Shown in pieces: positions 1-9,673 of a stretch of 64,000 nucleotides of DNA. The stretch lies in IMG/VR virus record IMGVR_UViG_3300046532_001566, positions 1 through 64,000 of that record; one strand, given 5' to 3'. Position 1 is the stretch's first letter, and every line of letters starts with the position of its first letter. The notes below the pieces were generated by a model. That model did not search any database, was not told the DNA's origin, and saw only the letters and a list, made by a program, of their open reading frames with translations. Origin of the DNA: a virus. Position numbers and translations under genes: made by a program.

Positions 1-722
1 TCCTTGTCACCAGTTAGAAGCAATACCGGTCCCCAATATCCTTTGCCAGCAAGTGTTATAAAACGTTGGCCGTATCGTAGATTACCATTTGTATTGTAAT
101 TGTCACATACTGGGTAATAAGCAACACCACCAGCATAAAGTGGTTTAACTTCTGCAATCTGTACAGGTTCTGCTGTCATTGCTTTAAGTGTGGTCCACCC
201 ACCTTGTGATCCACCCATCATATATGTCTTCTTAGGATCAGTACCTTGATCTTTCAACCAACGTCCAACTGCAATAGCATCAAAAGTACGAACGATTGCG
301 TCTATTTCTTTGTTTCTCTCTCTATTCTGTGATACTCCACGTGACCAAAAACTATCAAGAACTAGAACATTTGCTTTATGTTTGATTTTAAGTTGCATTG
401 CAGTACGCCATACAACATTGCCAACTCCATGTCCTCCGTGCATAATAACATATGTAGGACTTTCAAATGGAGTTTTAGTTGGTGTCCAACTTACTGTTAG
501 CAAACCTTTACCATCATAAGATGGAACTTGTGAACTCATTGGTCCTAAGCCAAGTCGCTTAGTTAGATACCCCTTTTTATCGTCAATATCGTTAACTACA
601 ACAGGACTTGCTCCATTATAAGAAATAGCAGAATTAGCTGATCCAGACTTAGTTGTTTGGCAACCAGTCACTACACCAGCGACTGCGATTACAAGTACTA
701 AGTTTTTAAATTTAATATTCAT
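1..722 (-). CDS. Lipoprotein alpha/beta hydrolase (dienelactone-hydrolase-like), truncated by window edge
   Basis: Not in ORF track; manual translation from ATG 722 (TAATG overlap with upstream stop): MNIKFKNLVLVIAVAGVVTGC (lipobox), MHGGHG, LDSF, nucleophile elbow GGSQGG, AYYP, LLLTGDK at the edge. Confidence 0.75.
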   Translation of the reverse strand, partial: MNIKFKNLVLVIAVAGVVTGCQTTKSGSANSAISYNGASPVVVNDIDDKKGYLTKRLGLGPMSSQVPSYDGKGLLTVSWTPTKTPFESPTYVIMHGGHGVGNVVWRTAMQLKIKHKANVLVLDSFWSRGVSQNRERNKEIDAIVRTFDAIAVGRWLKDQGTDPKKTYMMGGSQGGWTTLKAMTAEPVQIAEVKPLYAGGVAYYPVCDNYNTNGNLRYGQRFITLAGKGYWGPVLLLTGDK

Positions 723-1252
723 TATGCTATTTCCCTTATCATTCCAAGTTCACGTAATTTAGTTGCCATATCAGCACCAACTAACTGTTCTAAAGTTTCA
801 ACTTCTTTTGTTGCTTTAGGAAGTTTAATTTTTAAACTTTTTCTTTGACCTTCTGGAGTTAGTAAGTAAGGCTTATCCCATGCTCCAATGTTAAAGCTGA
901 TGTAAAAAGCAGTATGGAAATAATCGCTTTGTGAATCGCTCTCATCAAACCAACCACGTCCTTTATGAAAACCTTCTCCGCGAGCTGGAGCCGTTTTAAT
1001 AATGTCAAGGACGTTATCACAAAATGCTTTATGCTCGCCATACATGTTAGTATGGAACTGGTTAATCTGCACATAATTGTCTTTACCATATGCATCTGTA
1101 CGATACAAATCATTAAAAGCAATATCACCCTGTAGCAATGTAACAGCCACTTGTGAATAATGTTGCTTACGAACAGAGAATTTCATAGCTGGAAAGGCTA
1201 CTTTAAGTTCCTGCCTAATTGCTTGAACATCTTTTGCATTAATAAAAGCCAT
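722..1252 (-). CDS. Early hypothetical protein, LPD29-like domain
   Basis: IRQELKVAFPAMKFSVR N-terminus and DSQSDYF motif resemble LPD29 small phage proteins; SD GGAG; sigma70-like promoter upstream. Confidence 0.55.
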   Translation of the reverse strand: MAFINAKDVQAIRQELKVAFPAMKFSVRKQHYSQVAVTLLQGDIAFNDLYRTDAYGKDNYVQINQFHTNMYGEHKAFCDNVLDIIKTAPARGEGFHKGRGWFDESDSQSDYFHTAFYISFNIGAWDKPYLLTPEGQRKSLKIKLPKATKEVETLEQLVGADMATKLRELGMIREIA

Positions 1253-1293
1253 ATATTCGTCTCCTGTTGTGTATCTAATTCCTCATTATATAC

Positions 1294-1322
1294 AGTATAC
1301 GACACTATGGTCCTAAAGTCAA
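1294..1322 (-). promoter_or_regulatory. Sigma70-like early promoter TTGACT-N17-TATACT
   Basis: Exact 17-bp spacing, preceded by AAAAAGG; near-copy at 61514-61542. Confidence 0.8.
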
Positions 1323-1349
1323 CCTTTTTCTGCATAAAAGTACAGAAAA

Positions 1350-1616
1350 TTAGTCTTGTTTATCAATGACTTCCAAATTAATTTGCTTAGGAGGCAAGTT
1401 TTTTGTAGCTAATTGTATAATTATAGACAAAAATACCGCAGATCCAACACACCACAATCCTTCAAATAGTATCAGAGACCAACCAGTGGCACTATATGTA
1501 ACCCATACCCAGATCTGTGATCCAACTAGTACTCCTAGCATGCCTAGCACCATTAACCAACCTACGAGCTTATGTAATATTGCAATACCAAGTTCTTCAT
1601 GCTTAGTATCACGCAT
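1350..1616 (-). CDS. Small membrane protein (2 TM)
   Basis: Two hydrophobic stretches; overlaps upstream gene stop. Confidence 0.55.
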   Translation of the reverse strand: MRDTKHEELGIAILHKLVGWLMVLGMLGVLVGSQIWVWVTYSATGWSLILFEGLWCVGSAVFLSIIIQLATKNLPPKQINLEVIDKQD

Positions 1617-1887
1617 TAATATAACCAGTTAACGGATCCATTGCTTCTGTGCGAGATTCACGATGCTGAACAATGTAATTTGCTTTAGGAAAAGCAAGAC
1701 GCAATGCTTTATCTAGTTTGCGTTCAAGCTCTTCTCGTCTGTTAGCAGTAATATGATGAGTTGAAGGTTGTTCATCATATAGTTGAGCGACTGCATCTGG
1801 ATTCTTAGGTGTCCAGGCGCCAAGCCATTTGCCTTCTTTTTTATTAATGCCTACATCAATGTGGACAATACCTATTGAACTTTTCAT
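1609..1887 (-). CDS. Hypothetical protein
   Basis: SD AAGGA, directly downstream of tRNA-Gly. Confidence 0.6.
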   Translation of the reverse strand: MKSSIGIVHIDVGINKKEGKWLGAWTPKNPDAVAQLYDEQPSTHHITANRREELERKLDKALRLAFPKANYIVQHRESRTEAMDPLTGYINA

Positions 1888-1903
1888 TTTTATTCCTTAA
1901 AGT

Positions 1904-1978
1904 TGGAGCGGGTGGACAGAATCGAACTGACATCAAAAGGTTGGAAACCTCTTATAATAACCATTATACGACACCCGC
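1904..1978 (-). tRNA. tRNA-Gly(TCC)
   Basis: Acceptor GCGGGTG/CACCCGC, anticodon arm AGAGG-TTTCCAA-CCTTT, TTCGATT T-loop, encoded CCA; promoter TTGACT-N17-TATAAT at 1988-2016. Confidence 0.92.
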
Positions 1979-2030
1979 TATTTTACTATTATACGGTATA
2001 TGTAAACTAAAGTCAACCATAAATATGCAT

Positions 2031-2711
2031 ATGGAACAACCTTATTTAACCGTTTCGTTCAGCCTTTCCAATGAATCATGGACATGGGCACAGGACATAA
2101 CTGCTCCGATGGTAAAGGATTACCAAGACAATGCTCCTCTTGATGCGGCCTTGATAACTCCTGAACCTGATATGATTCAGGCATGGAAAAAATCAAAGGC
2201 ATATACTGAAATTAATGCATTCACTAAAACATATGGATTAACCGATGGCGAGGTGAATTTTTTTATTTATAAATCTATCGATAAGCCATTAGATGATCCT
2301 CGAGGCAATCCTCATATTGATACTACTGGTCCAGATAGATATAGTGGTGATAAAATTAATATACCAGTTCGATTTAATATCCTATTAAGTGGAGAAGAAA
2401 ATCAAGAAATGAATTGGTGGAATTGTGATAGAGATCATTGGAAGGTGCGAGTTGCTGAATTTCCTAGACCTAATGGGGTGCCGGCAAAACGCCTACAAGC
2501 TAAAGGTGGGATAGAAAGAAGTCGAGCGGGGCAATATAAATTATTAGGTGAACCAGATTATAAATGCAATACACTGGCTAAACTAAACAAAGAATCTTCA
2601 TTTGTGAGGACTGATATTTTACATTCTATTAATTGGGATGGTAACAGCCCACGATTGCTATTATCATTACGATTCACGCAACCATGGGCTGATTTAAAAA
2701 TTCCTAGTTAG
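2031..2711 (+). CDS. 2OG-Fe(II)/cupin-like oxygenase (start revised from 1875)
   Basis: PHID...RFN...VRTDILHS...RLLLSLRF (HxD..H..R); the track's N-terminal extension is antisense to tRNA-Gly; TAAATA 5 nt before ATG. Confidence 0.65.
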   Translation: MEQPYLTVSFSLSNESWTWAQDITAPMVKDYQDNAPLDAALITPEPDMIQAWKKSKAYTEINAFTKTYGLTDGEVNFFIYKSIDKPLDDPRGNPHIDTTGPDRYSGDKINIPVRFNILLSGEENQEMNWWNCDRDHWKVRVAEFPRPNGVPAKRLQAKGGIERSRAGQYKLLGEPDYKCNTLAKLNKESSFVRTDILHSINWDGNSPRLLLSLRFTQPWADLKIPS

Positions 2712-4305
2712 GAAGTTTTCCATAATCAACTATATAATGTCCTTTTTCAACACTAACAGCATCTTGATACTTTGTGCCTAGTAAGTCCTGAGCCATAACA
2801 CCTGTATGTCTTGTCTCACTATCCCATACATAGTTATAAGAATACCAAGAAAGTCCATTCTCAACCTTAACTGGTTCAATGTTTTCTTTTAATCTAATAT
2901 CACTAAAGAATTTTTTAACTGACCTAGATGCTTTCTTAGCGGCATCTGCCGCGGCGTTTGCAGATCGTTGTGCCATTGCGGCGGCTTGTTGTGCTTGTTG
3001 TTCGGATGCTCTCCTAGCCGCTAGTGCCATCTGTTGTGCTTGTTCTGCTTTACGTTGAGCTTCTTCTTGAACTTTACGGGCTGTTTCAGCCGCTAATTGT
3101 TTAGCAAGGTTTGCCTGATGCTCGGCTTCAACTTGGGCCGCATGTGCTTTTGCCTGGGCAATCTCAGCTTGTTCTTTAGCGGCATTTGCAATTTCTTGGG
3201 CTTCTTTTTTTGCCTTCTCTACAGCTAACTTAGATGCTTCAACAGCTTCTTTTGCTACTCTAGCAGTTTCTTCTGCTATTGCTGTTGCGGCCTGTTCTGC
3301 ACCAGAAATAATCTTAGTACTCTCTTCTTCAACATGTTTCAATTCATGAGATGCGGCCTTCTTAACTCTATCTGCTTCGTCTGTTGCGGCTTTAATAACT
3401 GTTGCTTTAAGTTTGTCAGCTTGTTTAATAGCCTCTTCTGATTGTTGCTGTGCATCTTGAATAATACCTTTGGCTTGAGTCATTGCTTCTTGTGGATGAG
3501 TTAATACATCATATGTAAACTTACCTACATTTAATATTGGAGTTGTATCAATTTCAACATCAATATCTGCATCAATACCAATTAACACCGCGGCTTCTCC
3601 GGAAATGCCAACACTAACTACGCCATCATTCATAGTTGCATGAGCTTCACCTTCAATACCTACTTGTTCACCAATGCTAACTCCAGCAGTAGCATCGCCA
3701 CCAACAGAACCAATTGGTGTGTCTATTGTTCCTGATACCCCTGCATCTACTCCAGTACTTGCTCCAGCAATGGCTCCGGCACCTACATCAACTCCGTGTT
3801 CTCCAACACTAGCATGAATTTCTGCACCTGCATGAGTTTCTGCATAAGCACCTGCATGAGCGTCACCTTCTGCACCTGCAAGAGTAATATCACCTAATGG
3901 GGTATCAACTGTTGCATCTGCACTTCCGCCAGCATGTGCTTCTACACCTACTTTTGCTTCAATCATTGCTCCGGCTCCGACACTAGCATCACTACCATCA
4001 AATCCAGCTTCTGCATATGCTTCTGCACTAGCTTCAGCACTTGCACTAACACCAGCATGACCTTCTGCACTTTCACTCATTGCTCCTTGTGTAGCATGAG
4101 CTTCTGCTTCTGTTTCCGCATGAGCTTCTGCTTCTACGTGAGCTCCTGCTTCTGCCTTAACACCTGAATCTGTAACTTCTGTTCCAGCATGTGCATCAGC
4201 TTGAACGTGAGCTTCTGCTTCTGCTCCAGTAGAAGTTCCTGTAGCTTCATTGCCTGTTTGAGACGAAGTACTAGCACCTTTTTCTATTTCTCCTGATTGT
4301 TCCAT
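2704..4305 (-). CDS. Ala/Gly/His-rich beta-repeat + coiled-coil protein with C-terminal peptidase S74 intramolecular chaperone
   Basis: FSDIRLKENI...YNYVWD...GVMAQDL...VDY C-terminus; A/E/Q/K heptad-rich middle. Confidence 0.7.
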   Translation of the reverse strand: MEQSGEIEKGASTSSQTGNEATGTSTGAEAEAHVQADAHAGTEVTDSGVKAEAGAHVEAEAHAETEAEAHATQGAMSESAEGHAGVSASAEASAEAYAEAGFDGSDASVGAGAMIEAKVGVEAHAGGSADATVDTPLGDITLAGAEGDAHAGAYAETHAGAEIHASVGEHGVDVGAGAIAGASTGVDAGVSGTIDTPIGSVGGDATAGVSIGEQVGIEGEAHATMNDGVVSVGISGEAAVLIGIDADIDVEIDTTPILNVGKFTYDVLTHPQEAMTQAKGIIQDAQQQSEEAIKQADKLKATVIKAATDEADRVKKAASHELKHVEEESTKIISGAEQAATAIAEETARVAKEAVEASKLAVEKAKKEAQEIANAAKEQAEIAQAKAHAAQVEAEHQANLAKQLAAETARKVQEEAQRKAEQAQQMALAARRASEQQAQQAAAMAQRSANAAADAAKKASRSVKKFFSDIRLKENIEPVKVENGLSWYSYNYVWDSETRHTGVMAQDLLGTKYQDAVSVEKGHYIVDYGKLPN

Positions 4306-4321
4306 AAAATTATTACCTTTT

Positions 4322-5101
4322 CTAAATTTGAGGGCGTTCTTCGCCGTTCTTATACATTTCTAACTGTTTAACATATCTATCACTACTATGGTTAATAAAA
4401 AAGTTTACATTTCCTTTGAAAATACCTTTCCAAAACCCTCTCCATTGATCTTTGGTTGCTTGCCACCTTGTCATATCTCTTACATTACCCCAGTGATTCA
4501 TGTAATGTAATGTTCCGTGGTGTTTATATCTACCAAACAAATCAGGTGGAACTTTAGGTACAATATCAGCACCGTTAACCCAACGATGATGAGGCACACT
4601 TAAAGTCCTAACAAATGATTTGTTTCCAGATCTTGGTTCACCATAGGTAAAGACTCCTTCTACAGATGGTAAACTTTCTAGTTCATGAAACCTATTTCCA
4701 ATAAGGCACGCCATAGCGGCACCCAATGAATGTCCACAGACCCATACTTTTTGTTTTTTTAATTTTAGAATTTCTTGTATTGCAGGCCAAAGTCGATCTA
4801 CACTATGTTTAAATCCGTAATGCACTTTACCAGGTTGTCCTGTAATTGGCCTAACTAATTTAATTTGTAAATCTGCTTTAATATCTGCAAATTGCGTAGG
4901 CTCAGTGCCTCTACATGCTATAACTAAATCCTTTGTATTCCACGCAATATATGCTTGACTAGAATCAACATCAATAAACTTAATCTGAGTAAATCCAAGA
5001 TCTTTAAATACCTTTGTTGCTACCTTTACATCTTTATAAGCGTTTTTAGCTAATTGAGCAAACAAGAAACTTTGCTCTTTAAAACTTAATTTTGTTATCA
5101 T
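4322..5101 (-). CDS. Lipase class 3
   Basis: CRGTE, VHYGF, GHSLG nucleophile, TYGEPRSG, DIVPKVP. Confidence 0.9.
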   Translation of the reverse strand: MITKLSFKEQSFLFAQLAKNAYKDVKVATKVFKDLGFTQIKFIDVDSSQAYIAWNTKDLVIACRGTEPTQFADIKADLQIKLVRPITGQPGKVHYGFKHSVDRLWPAIQEILKLKKQKVWVCGHSLGAAMACLIGNRFHELESLPSVEGVFTYGEPRSGNKSFVRTLSVPHHRWVNGADIVPKVPPDLFGRYKHHGTLHYMNHWGNVRDMTRWQATKDQWRGFWKGIFKGNVNFFINHSSDRYVKQLEMYKNGEERPQI

Positions 5102-5160
5102 ATTGTTGACTCCTTATTACTCCGATATTTAGCATCGAGCTGAGTAAAGTAGCCATTTAA

Positions 5161-5517
5161 TTAATAATATAAGAAGTAAATAATAAGAAAGTATGTAGAA
5201 TAATGTAACAACTGATCTACTGTTAACAACCACCAATAACCTAAGTCAGCTTGTGCAAGTTCAAATCTATTGTTAATCCGTGTCTTTGTACAATCAATAT
5301 GCCAGTGAGCAATGTAATCAATTATTCCAGCAATAAGAGCAATATAAATTCCGCCTAAACATAATACTAAAAATGTACCAATGCCGTGGCCTAGATAATG
5401 TAACTGGGCTCGAGGACTAAAATATATATGTTTTTTCTGATATCCTAAATGTCGTTGTATTCCAACATCTACAATCGCATGCTTTACGATTAATCCAAAT
5501 AAAAATAGTGCTTCCAT
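5161..5517 (-). CDS. DUF3307-like membrane protein
   Basis: KHAIVD...H...HWHID..K...DQLLH pattern. Confidence 0.7.
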   Translation of the reverse strand: MEALFLFGLIVKHAIVDVGIQRHLGYQKKHIYFSPRAQLHYLGHGIGTFLVLCLGGIYIALIAGIIDYIAHWHIDCTKTRINNRFELAQADLGYWWLLTVDQLLHYSTYFLIIYFLYY

Positions 5518-5545
5518 AGTACTATTTATAAACTAGAAGTTGTAT

Positions 5546-5622
5546 TGGCCTGCCCGACAGGATTCGAACCTGTGACCTACGGTTTAGAAGACCGTTGCTC
5601 TATCCAGCTGAGCTACGGGCAG
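5546..5622 (-). tRNA. tRNA-Arg(TCT)
   Basis: Acceptor CTGCCCG/CGGGCAG, ACGGT-CTTCTAA-ACCGT, GGTTCGAATCC, CCA; promoter TTGACA-N17-TATAAT at 5669-5697. Confidence 0.95.
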
Positions 5623-5713
5623 TTATGTCAATACAACCCATTTACGGGCAGTAACAATTTATTAAAGTATTATACATTAATATTAGCTTAATGTCAACCT
5701 GTTTATTTGATCG

Positions 5714-6289
5714 TCATCCTTTGATCGTCATATGGCCTTCTAATTTCCAACGTTCTCTATTCAACTCTGTCCATGATTTTCCCTCTTCTTTAACAATAGC
5801 TTTCTTTCTCTCATACAAGCCAGGAGTTAGATCTTTATACAATCTATGAAATTGAGGTAACATTCCTTCCCTTGCTCCTGCTTTTAATCTAGGAGCATTA
5901 TCTGCATGGGCCATACTTGCAATACTAGTGCCTCCACATAGTACACTTTCTCTTTCAAGTTCATGTTGCAGGAGTGTATATAAATGTCTGCCTCTCCACT
6001 TATCTTCTGTCCAGATTAAAACAATCATTGCTTGTCTATTATACGAATGATATTCCCAAATGACTCCTCCTAAGAACTCCTCAGGATCTGTTGCAGTTGT
6101 TAAAAATATTGCTCTATGCGAACTTGCCGCAAGTTCATAAGGAGTCATACCCCAACCCTTTTCAAGTAAGAATAATGTTGCTTTATAGTAAGAAGCAGTT
6201 AAGGCTGGCTCTTGTCCTATTGTATCTGTGTGCCAGATTTGAACGTCCATTCCTTGTGCATCTTGTTTTACTGTTCCTTTACGCCTCAT
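5714..6289 (-). CDS. GNAT-family acetyltransferase
   Basis: IWTEDKWRGRHLYTLL (motif A-like), AHADNAP. Confidence 0.65.
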   Translation of the reverse strand: MRRKGTVKQDAQGMDVQIWHTDTIGQEPALTASYYKATLFLLEKGWGMTPYELAASSHRAIFLTTATDPEEFLGGVIWEYHSYNRQAMIVLIWTEDKWRGRHLYTLLQHELERESVLCGGTSIASMAHADNAPRLKAGAREGMLPQFHRLYKDLTPGLYERKKAIVKEEGKSWTELNRERWKLEGHMTIKG

Positions 6290-7602
6290 GTTGTCTCCTC
6301 ACTCCATGTTATCTTAAAATTTGAAAGATGGTGCCTAACATAATATTGAACCATAGGATCCATAATGTCTAACATAGTATAATCTGTTGTAATTCCAAAT
6401 CTATGAGAAGGTTTAGGATAAACATCAGTTATAACCGTTTGTCGCACAGAATTTTGTCCCATACTCTCTAACTTTAACTTAAAGTCACGATACCATACAT
6501 TATTATCTAGTTCGTAGATATAATCCCTTGCAACTTTTTTATAAGTGCCGGCGCCAAACCCAATCTTCTGACCGTTATTATTATTATTCATAGACCATTG
6601 CTGATAAGCCGGCCATAAGTACCAATTTTCAATTTTATTAATTGCTTTTTCCATATCATAACGATCATTATAATACATAGCACCACGCACTCCACAGTTA
6701 ATCATTTTAACATTAAAAATTAACCACCAAAAGAAATCATGTAAACTAATAACTGGGCAAGATGCTGTTTTTGCATTTAATGCATACTTGTCATATAATT
6801 TACGCCCAAACATAGGATCAGGATTTGGATTAGTTGGTATTGGAAATAAAGATGTATCTCCATACTGGAAATATGCTACCAATGCATCTTCGAATACACT
6901 AAAATGTGTATCCTTGTCGCTTAACTTATGTAAGTTATTTCTTACATGAGTTCGTTGTTCTGCTGTAAGTTTGTGACCTATTTTTTGTTCCCAGGCATGA
7001 TAAAAGTTAAGACCTAATACAGTGCCGTGAATACAATCTCCGTCGTCTGCTGTTACCGGTGTGTAACCTTGTTCAAGTAACATGTCATATTTGTTAATCA
7101 TAGAATCAATAATTTTAAATTTACCAAATATAAACTTACGCCAGTAATTTGGATTCTCTACTACTGCTTGAACACTTGTGCAGATAGCAACATTCTTAAG
7201 TTGTTCTTTTGTTAAATTTTTAATTAGAGCAGTTGTAATGATTGTTGAATCAATGCCACCTGAATACATAATAGCAAATTTCTCATTATTCTCATCAATG
7301 CGTCTAGCATAATCCATTGCCTGACTATCTGATGCTTCTGAAAATGTTCCAGTATAGGTTGAATCATATTGTATTAGTTTATACTTAGGTAAAATCTCAT
7401 CTGGCCAAGGTAGAGTCCATTCAGAACTATCTCTAGTTGAAAACCTATTAGGATTAATACGTCTAGCAAGATCAATTACAAACTTACCTCCAGGCCCTAC
7501 CTCATTATAAGTTTCCGTCCAAAAAGTGTTAGCTTCTGCTCCGTCCCAATTTACAGAAGAATAGTAAATCTTTGTATCTGCATTCATAGTATTAATGTTC
7601 AT
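6286..7602 (-). CDS. Asparagine-synthetase-like PP-loop ATP-dependent ligase (E1)
   Basis: YSGGIDS, ADDGDCIHG, DFFWW..F..K, YQQWS, K.K..S. Confidence 0.75.
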   Translation of the reverse strand: MNINTMNADTKIYYSSVNWDGAEANTFWTETYNEVGPGGKFVIDLARRINPNRFSTRDSSEWTLPWPDEILPKYKLIQYDSTYTGTFSEASDSQAMDYARRIDENNEKFAIMYSGGIDSTIITTALIKNLTKEQLKNVAICTSVQAVVENPNYWRKFIFGKFKIIDSMINKYDMLLEQGYTPVTADDGDCIHGTVLGLNFYHAWEQKIGHKLTAEQRTHVRNNLHKLSDKDTHFSVFEDALVAYFQYGDTSLFPIPTNPNPDPMFGRKLYDKYALNAKTASCPVISLHDFFWWLIFNVKMINCGVRGAMYYNDRYDMEKAINKIENWYLWPAYQQWSMNNNNNGQKIGFGAGTYKKVARDYIYELDNNVWYRDFKLKLESMGQNSVRQTVITDVYPKPSHRFGITTDYTMLDIMDPMVQYYVRHHLSNFKITWSEETT

Positions 7603-8411
7603 AGCAAGTACCCAGAGTAACCAGATAAATCTGTATCTGCTTGTGAAGTCTGTTTAGCTAAGTCTGCAGGTTCTGGATAATCTGGATTGTTTAAAATTGC
7701 GTAAAACATTTTACGCATAGGATAAGAATGAGGAGTATTGTTTTCCCTCCACATATCAGCAATCTTGTTCATTGCATCATCTACTGTATCTGCATTATAT
7801 AATATTCTACGGATCTCATTCTTAGGACCTAATGAAGATACTGTATTAGAACTATCTGCCGGAGTAGACATGCTAGTATCAACTTCCCCTGAAAGAAAAT
7901 CATTAACAAACTCTTCCATTGGTAAAAAGTTATGCACCATTTCAAATATCTTTGCAGTATGCCAGGTACGAATTACAAATTTTGCATATTCTGAGAATTC
8001 TATAAATGTATCGTATCCTTGTGTACCAGGAACATAATCTTTAGGCATTTGCAAGCATGGTACTAAGAATGGATCTTTCATTTTTCTAAAAACAGGAGTC
8101 TGTCTGCTAAACAACAATCCAGCAGAACCACCTATAATTTGTTTGTCGTTTACTGTAAAATTAGTAATGTTTCCGTTGTGTACATCAACCTTTTCATCTT
8201 TACCAATTACTAATACCGCAATAGCAGGCATCTTACTGCTTAATATCTTTGCACATTCAAATGCCGTGTAAGGATCAAATGTATCAACTGCGAAGCATCT
8301 GTCAACTCCCGGACTGTAAAATATATTACCATTAACTCTACGTCCTCTGGCATTCATATGGAAGAAGGATATCTTTTCGTTTATATTATTTCCCCAGGCC
8401 ACTGTACTCAT
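7599..8411 (-). CDS. Partner protein P1 of PP-loop ligase (hypothetical)
   Basis: ATGA-coupled to E1; likely start MSTVAWG. Confidence 0.65.
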   Translation of the reverse strand: MSTVAWGNNINEKISFFHMNARGRRVNGNIFYSPGVDRCFAVDTFDPYTAFECAKILSSKMPAIAVLVIGKDEKVDVHNGNITNFTVNDKQIIGGSAGLLFSRQTPVFRKMKDPFLVPCLQMPKDYVPGTQGYDTFIEFSEYAKFVIRTWHTAKIFEMVHNFLPMEEFVNDFLSGEVDTSMSTPADSSNTVSSLGPKNEIRRILYNADTVDDAMNKIADMWRENNTPHSYPMRKMFYAILNNPDYPEPADLAKQTSQADTDLSGYSGYLL

Positions 8412-8676
8412 CCTTTTTCTCATATTCTTTAGCAATGTCTTCTATTGCTTTCGCTAAGTGTGGCATACGTTTTAATTCTTCGTTGATTCTAATAATTCCG
8501 TGTGCGGCGTGAAACTTAAACAGCCAAGGAAAAATTGCATGAACGTAACTAGTAAACACATACAATAATAATCTACTACCATTATAGAACGAATGCCTGC
8601 AATGATATCCATAGGTCATATTGCTATGATCCAAATGGTGCAAGCCTCTAGCCCAGAATGGATATTTCTTTGTCAT
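8386..8676 (-). CDS. DUF6356-like small protein
   Basis: HL...NMTY..H...S...HAIFPWLF pattern. Confidence 0.6.
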   Translation of the reverse strand: MTKKYPFWARGLHHLDHSNMTYGYHCRHSFYNGSRLLLYVFTSYVHAIFPWLFKFHAAHGIIRINEELKRMPHLAKAIEDIAKEYEKKDEYSGLGK

Positions 8677-8718
8677 CTGTTTTATATATTACTTTATATT
8701 GTATATTTCTAGCCACAA

Positions 8719-9084
8719 TTAACTGGCTTGTCGAGTTATATAGTTAACCTTAATACGTTCAGGAGAGAAGTATTTCTCTACAACGCTTTGAGCTTTCTTT
8801 ATATCATATTCCATACAAGAAAAGACGTCAATATATAAGTCACCATTCTTATCAACAAAATGTCCTGTAATTGAACTAGTTTCAATTAACTGTACTAGAC
8901 TATGGCCAGCCGCATCTGGATCATGTGTAGCAAAATGTTCAATAATTGGTTCACCGTATGCCTGCATACCAATTGCAGGCACCAGTTCTAAAATAAAGTT
9001 TTTGATATTTTTTCCCGAACGTACTTGTTCTAGGTCTCCGTGCAAACAGTCAAATAGTGTATGATAACCCCAGTATTCTGACAT
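8719..9084 (-). CDS. speD: S-adenosylmethionine decarboxylase proenzyme
   Basis: GYHTLFD, QLIETSSITGHF, YIDVFSC; SD GGAG. Confidence 0.85.
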   Translation of the reverse strand: MSEYWGYHTLFDCLHGDLEQVRSGKNIKNFILELVPAIGMQAYGEPIIEHFATHDPDAAGHSLVQLIETSSITGHFVDKNGDLYIDVFSCMEYDIKKAQSVVEKYFSPERIKVNYITRQAS

Positions 9085-9171
9085 GAATTATATCTCCATT
9101 GAATAATTAATTCTATACTAATTGTACAACTATACTTAACCAAATAAGTCTAAAGTATGTTTTCCAATTTG

Positions 9172-9339
9172 TTATTTTCTAGAAGATTCTTTTATAAAAA
9201 ACAATCCAAAAAATACAGGCACTAACCATACCACTGATATATACACTATCGGATTATTGTAGTCATGCCATACAAACGAGTACAACACTACAAAAATGAT
9301 TGCTTGCAACACACCGGTAAAAGATATAATGTTCTTCAT
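9172..9339 (-). CDS. 55-aa two-TM membrane protein
   Basis: Manual ORF MKNIISFTGVLQAIIFVVLYSFVW...; TAAATA 4 nt upstream. Confidence 0.45.
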   Translation of the reverse strand: MKNIISFTGVLQAIIFVVLYSFVWHDYNNPIVYISVVWLVPVFFGLFFIKESSRK

Positions 9340-9380
9340 GGTATATTTAAAGTTAATGCAATAGTCGTTAAAGGTATAGT

Positions 9381-9587
9381 TTATGATTTTGCAGGCTTAG
9401 TAGTTGCAGATGCCTCTTTTTCAGGCTCTTTTTTCTTAACACGTCTGCCCCAGATATTAGTTGTAATATCTCCCTTTTCACCATAAGGAATTTTCTTAAT
9501 TACGCCACCCTTTGCTAAGAACGCATCAATTTCTTCTTTTGATGTGTTTTCTGATCTAGTTTTCTTCTTACTATTTTTATTGGCCAA
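9381..9587 (-). CDS. SutA RNAP-binding-domain-like small protein
   Basis: EEIDAFLAKGGVIKKIP resembles the SutA core (EEFLARGGKVQEI); TTG start with SD GGAG. Confidence 0.55.
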   Translation of the reverse strand: MANKNSKKKTRSENTSKEEIDAFLAKGGVIKKIPYGEKGDITTNIWGRRVKKKEPEKEASATTKPAKS

Positions 9588-9673
9588 TGTGTAACTCCAA
9601 ATGTGCTTGTTTCTAGTGTACTAATAATTATCGTTTAGAATAACAACTGTCTCGCCTAAATATAAATAGTAGT

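Noticed and set aside
1875-2030. N-terminal extension of ORF 1875..2711
   Set aside because: Antisense to tRNA-Gly and its promoter; better start at 2031
2930-3500. Apparent DNA repeats (TTGTGC/TTCTGC)
   Set aside because: Explained by Ala/Gln/Glu codons of a coiled coil
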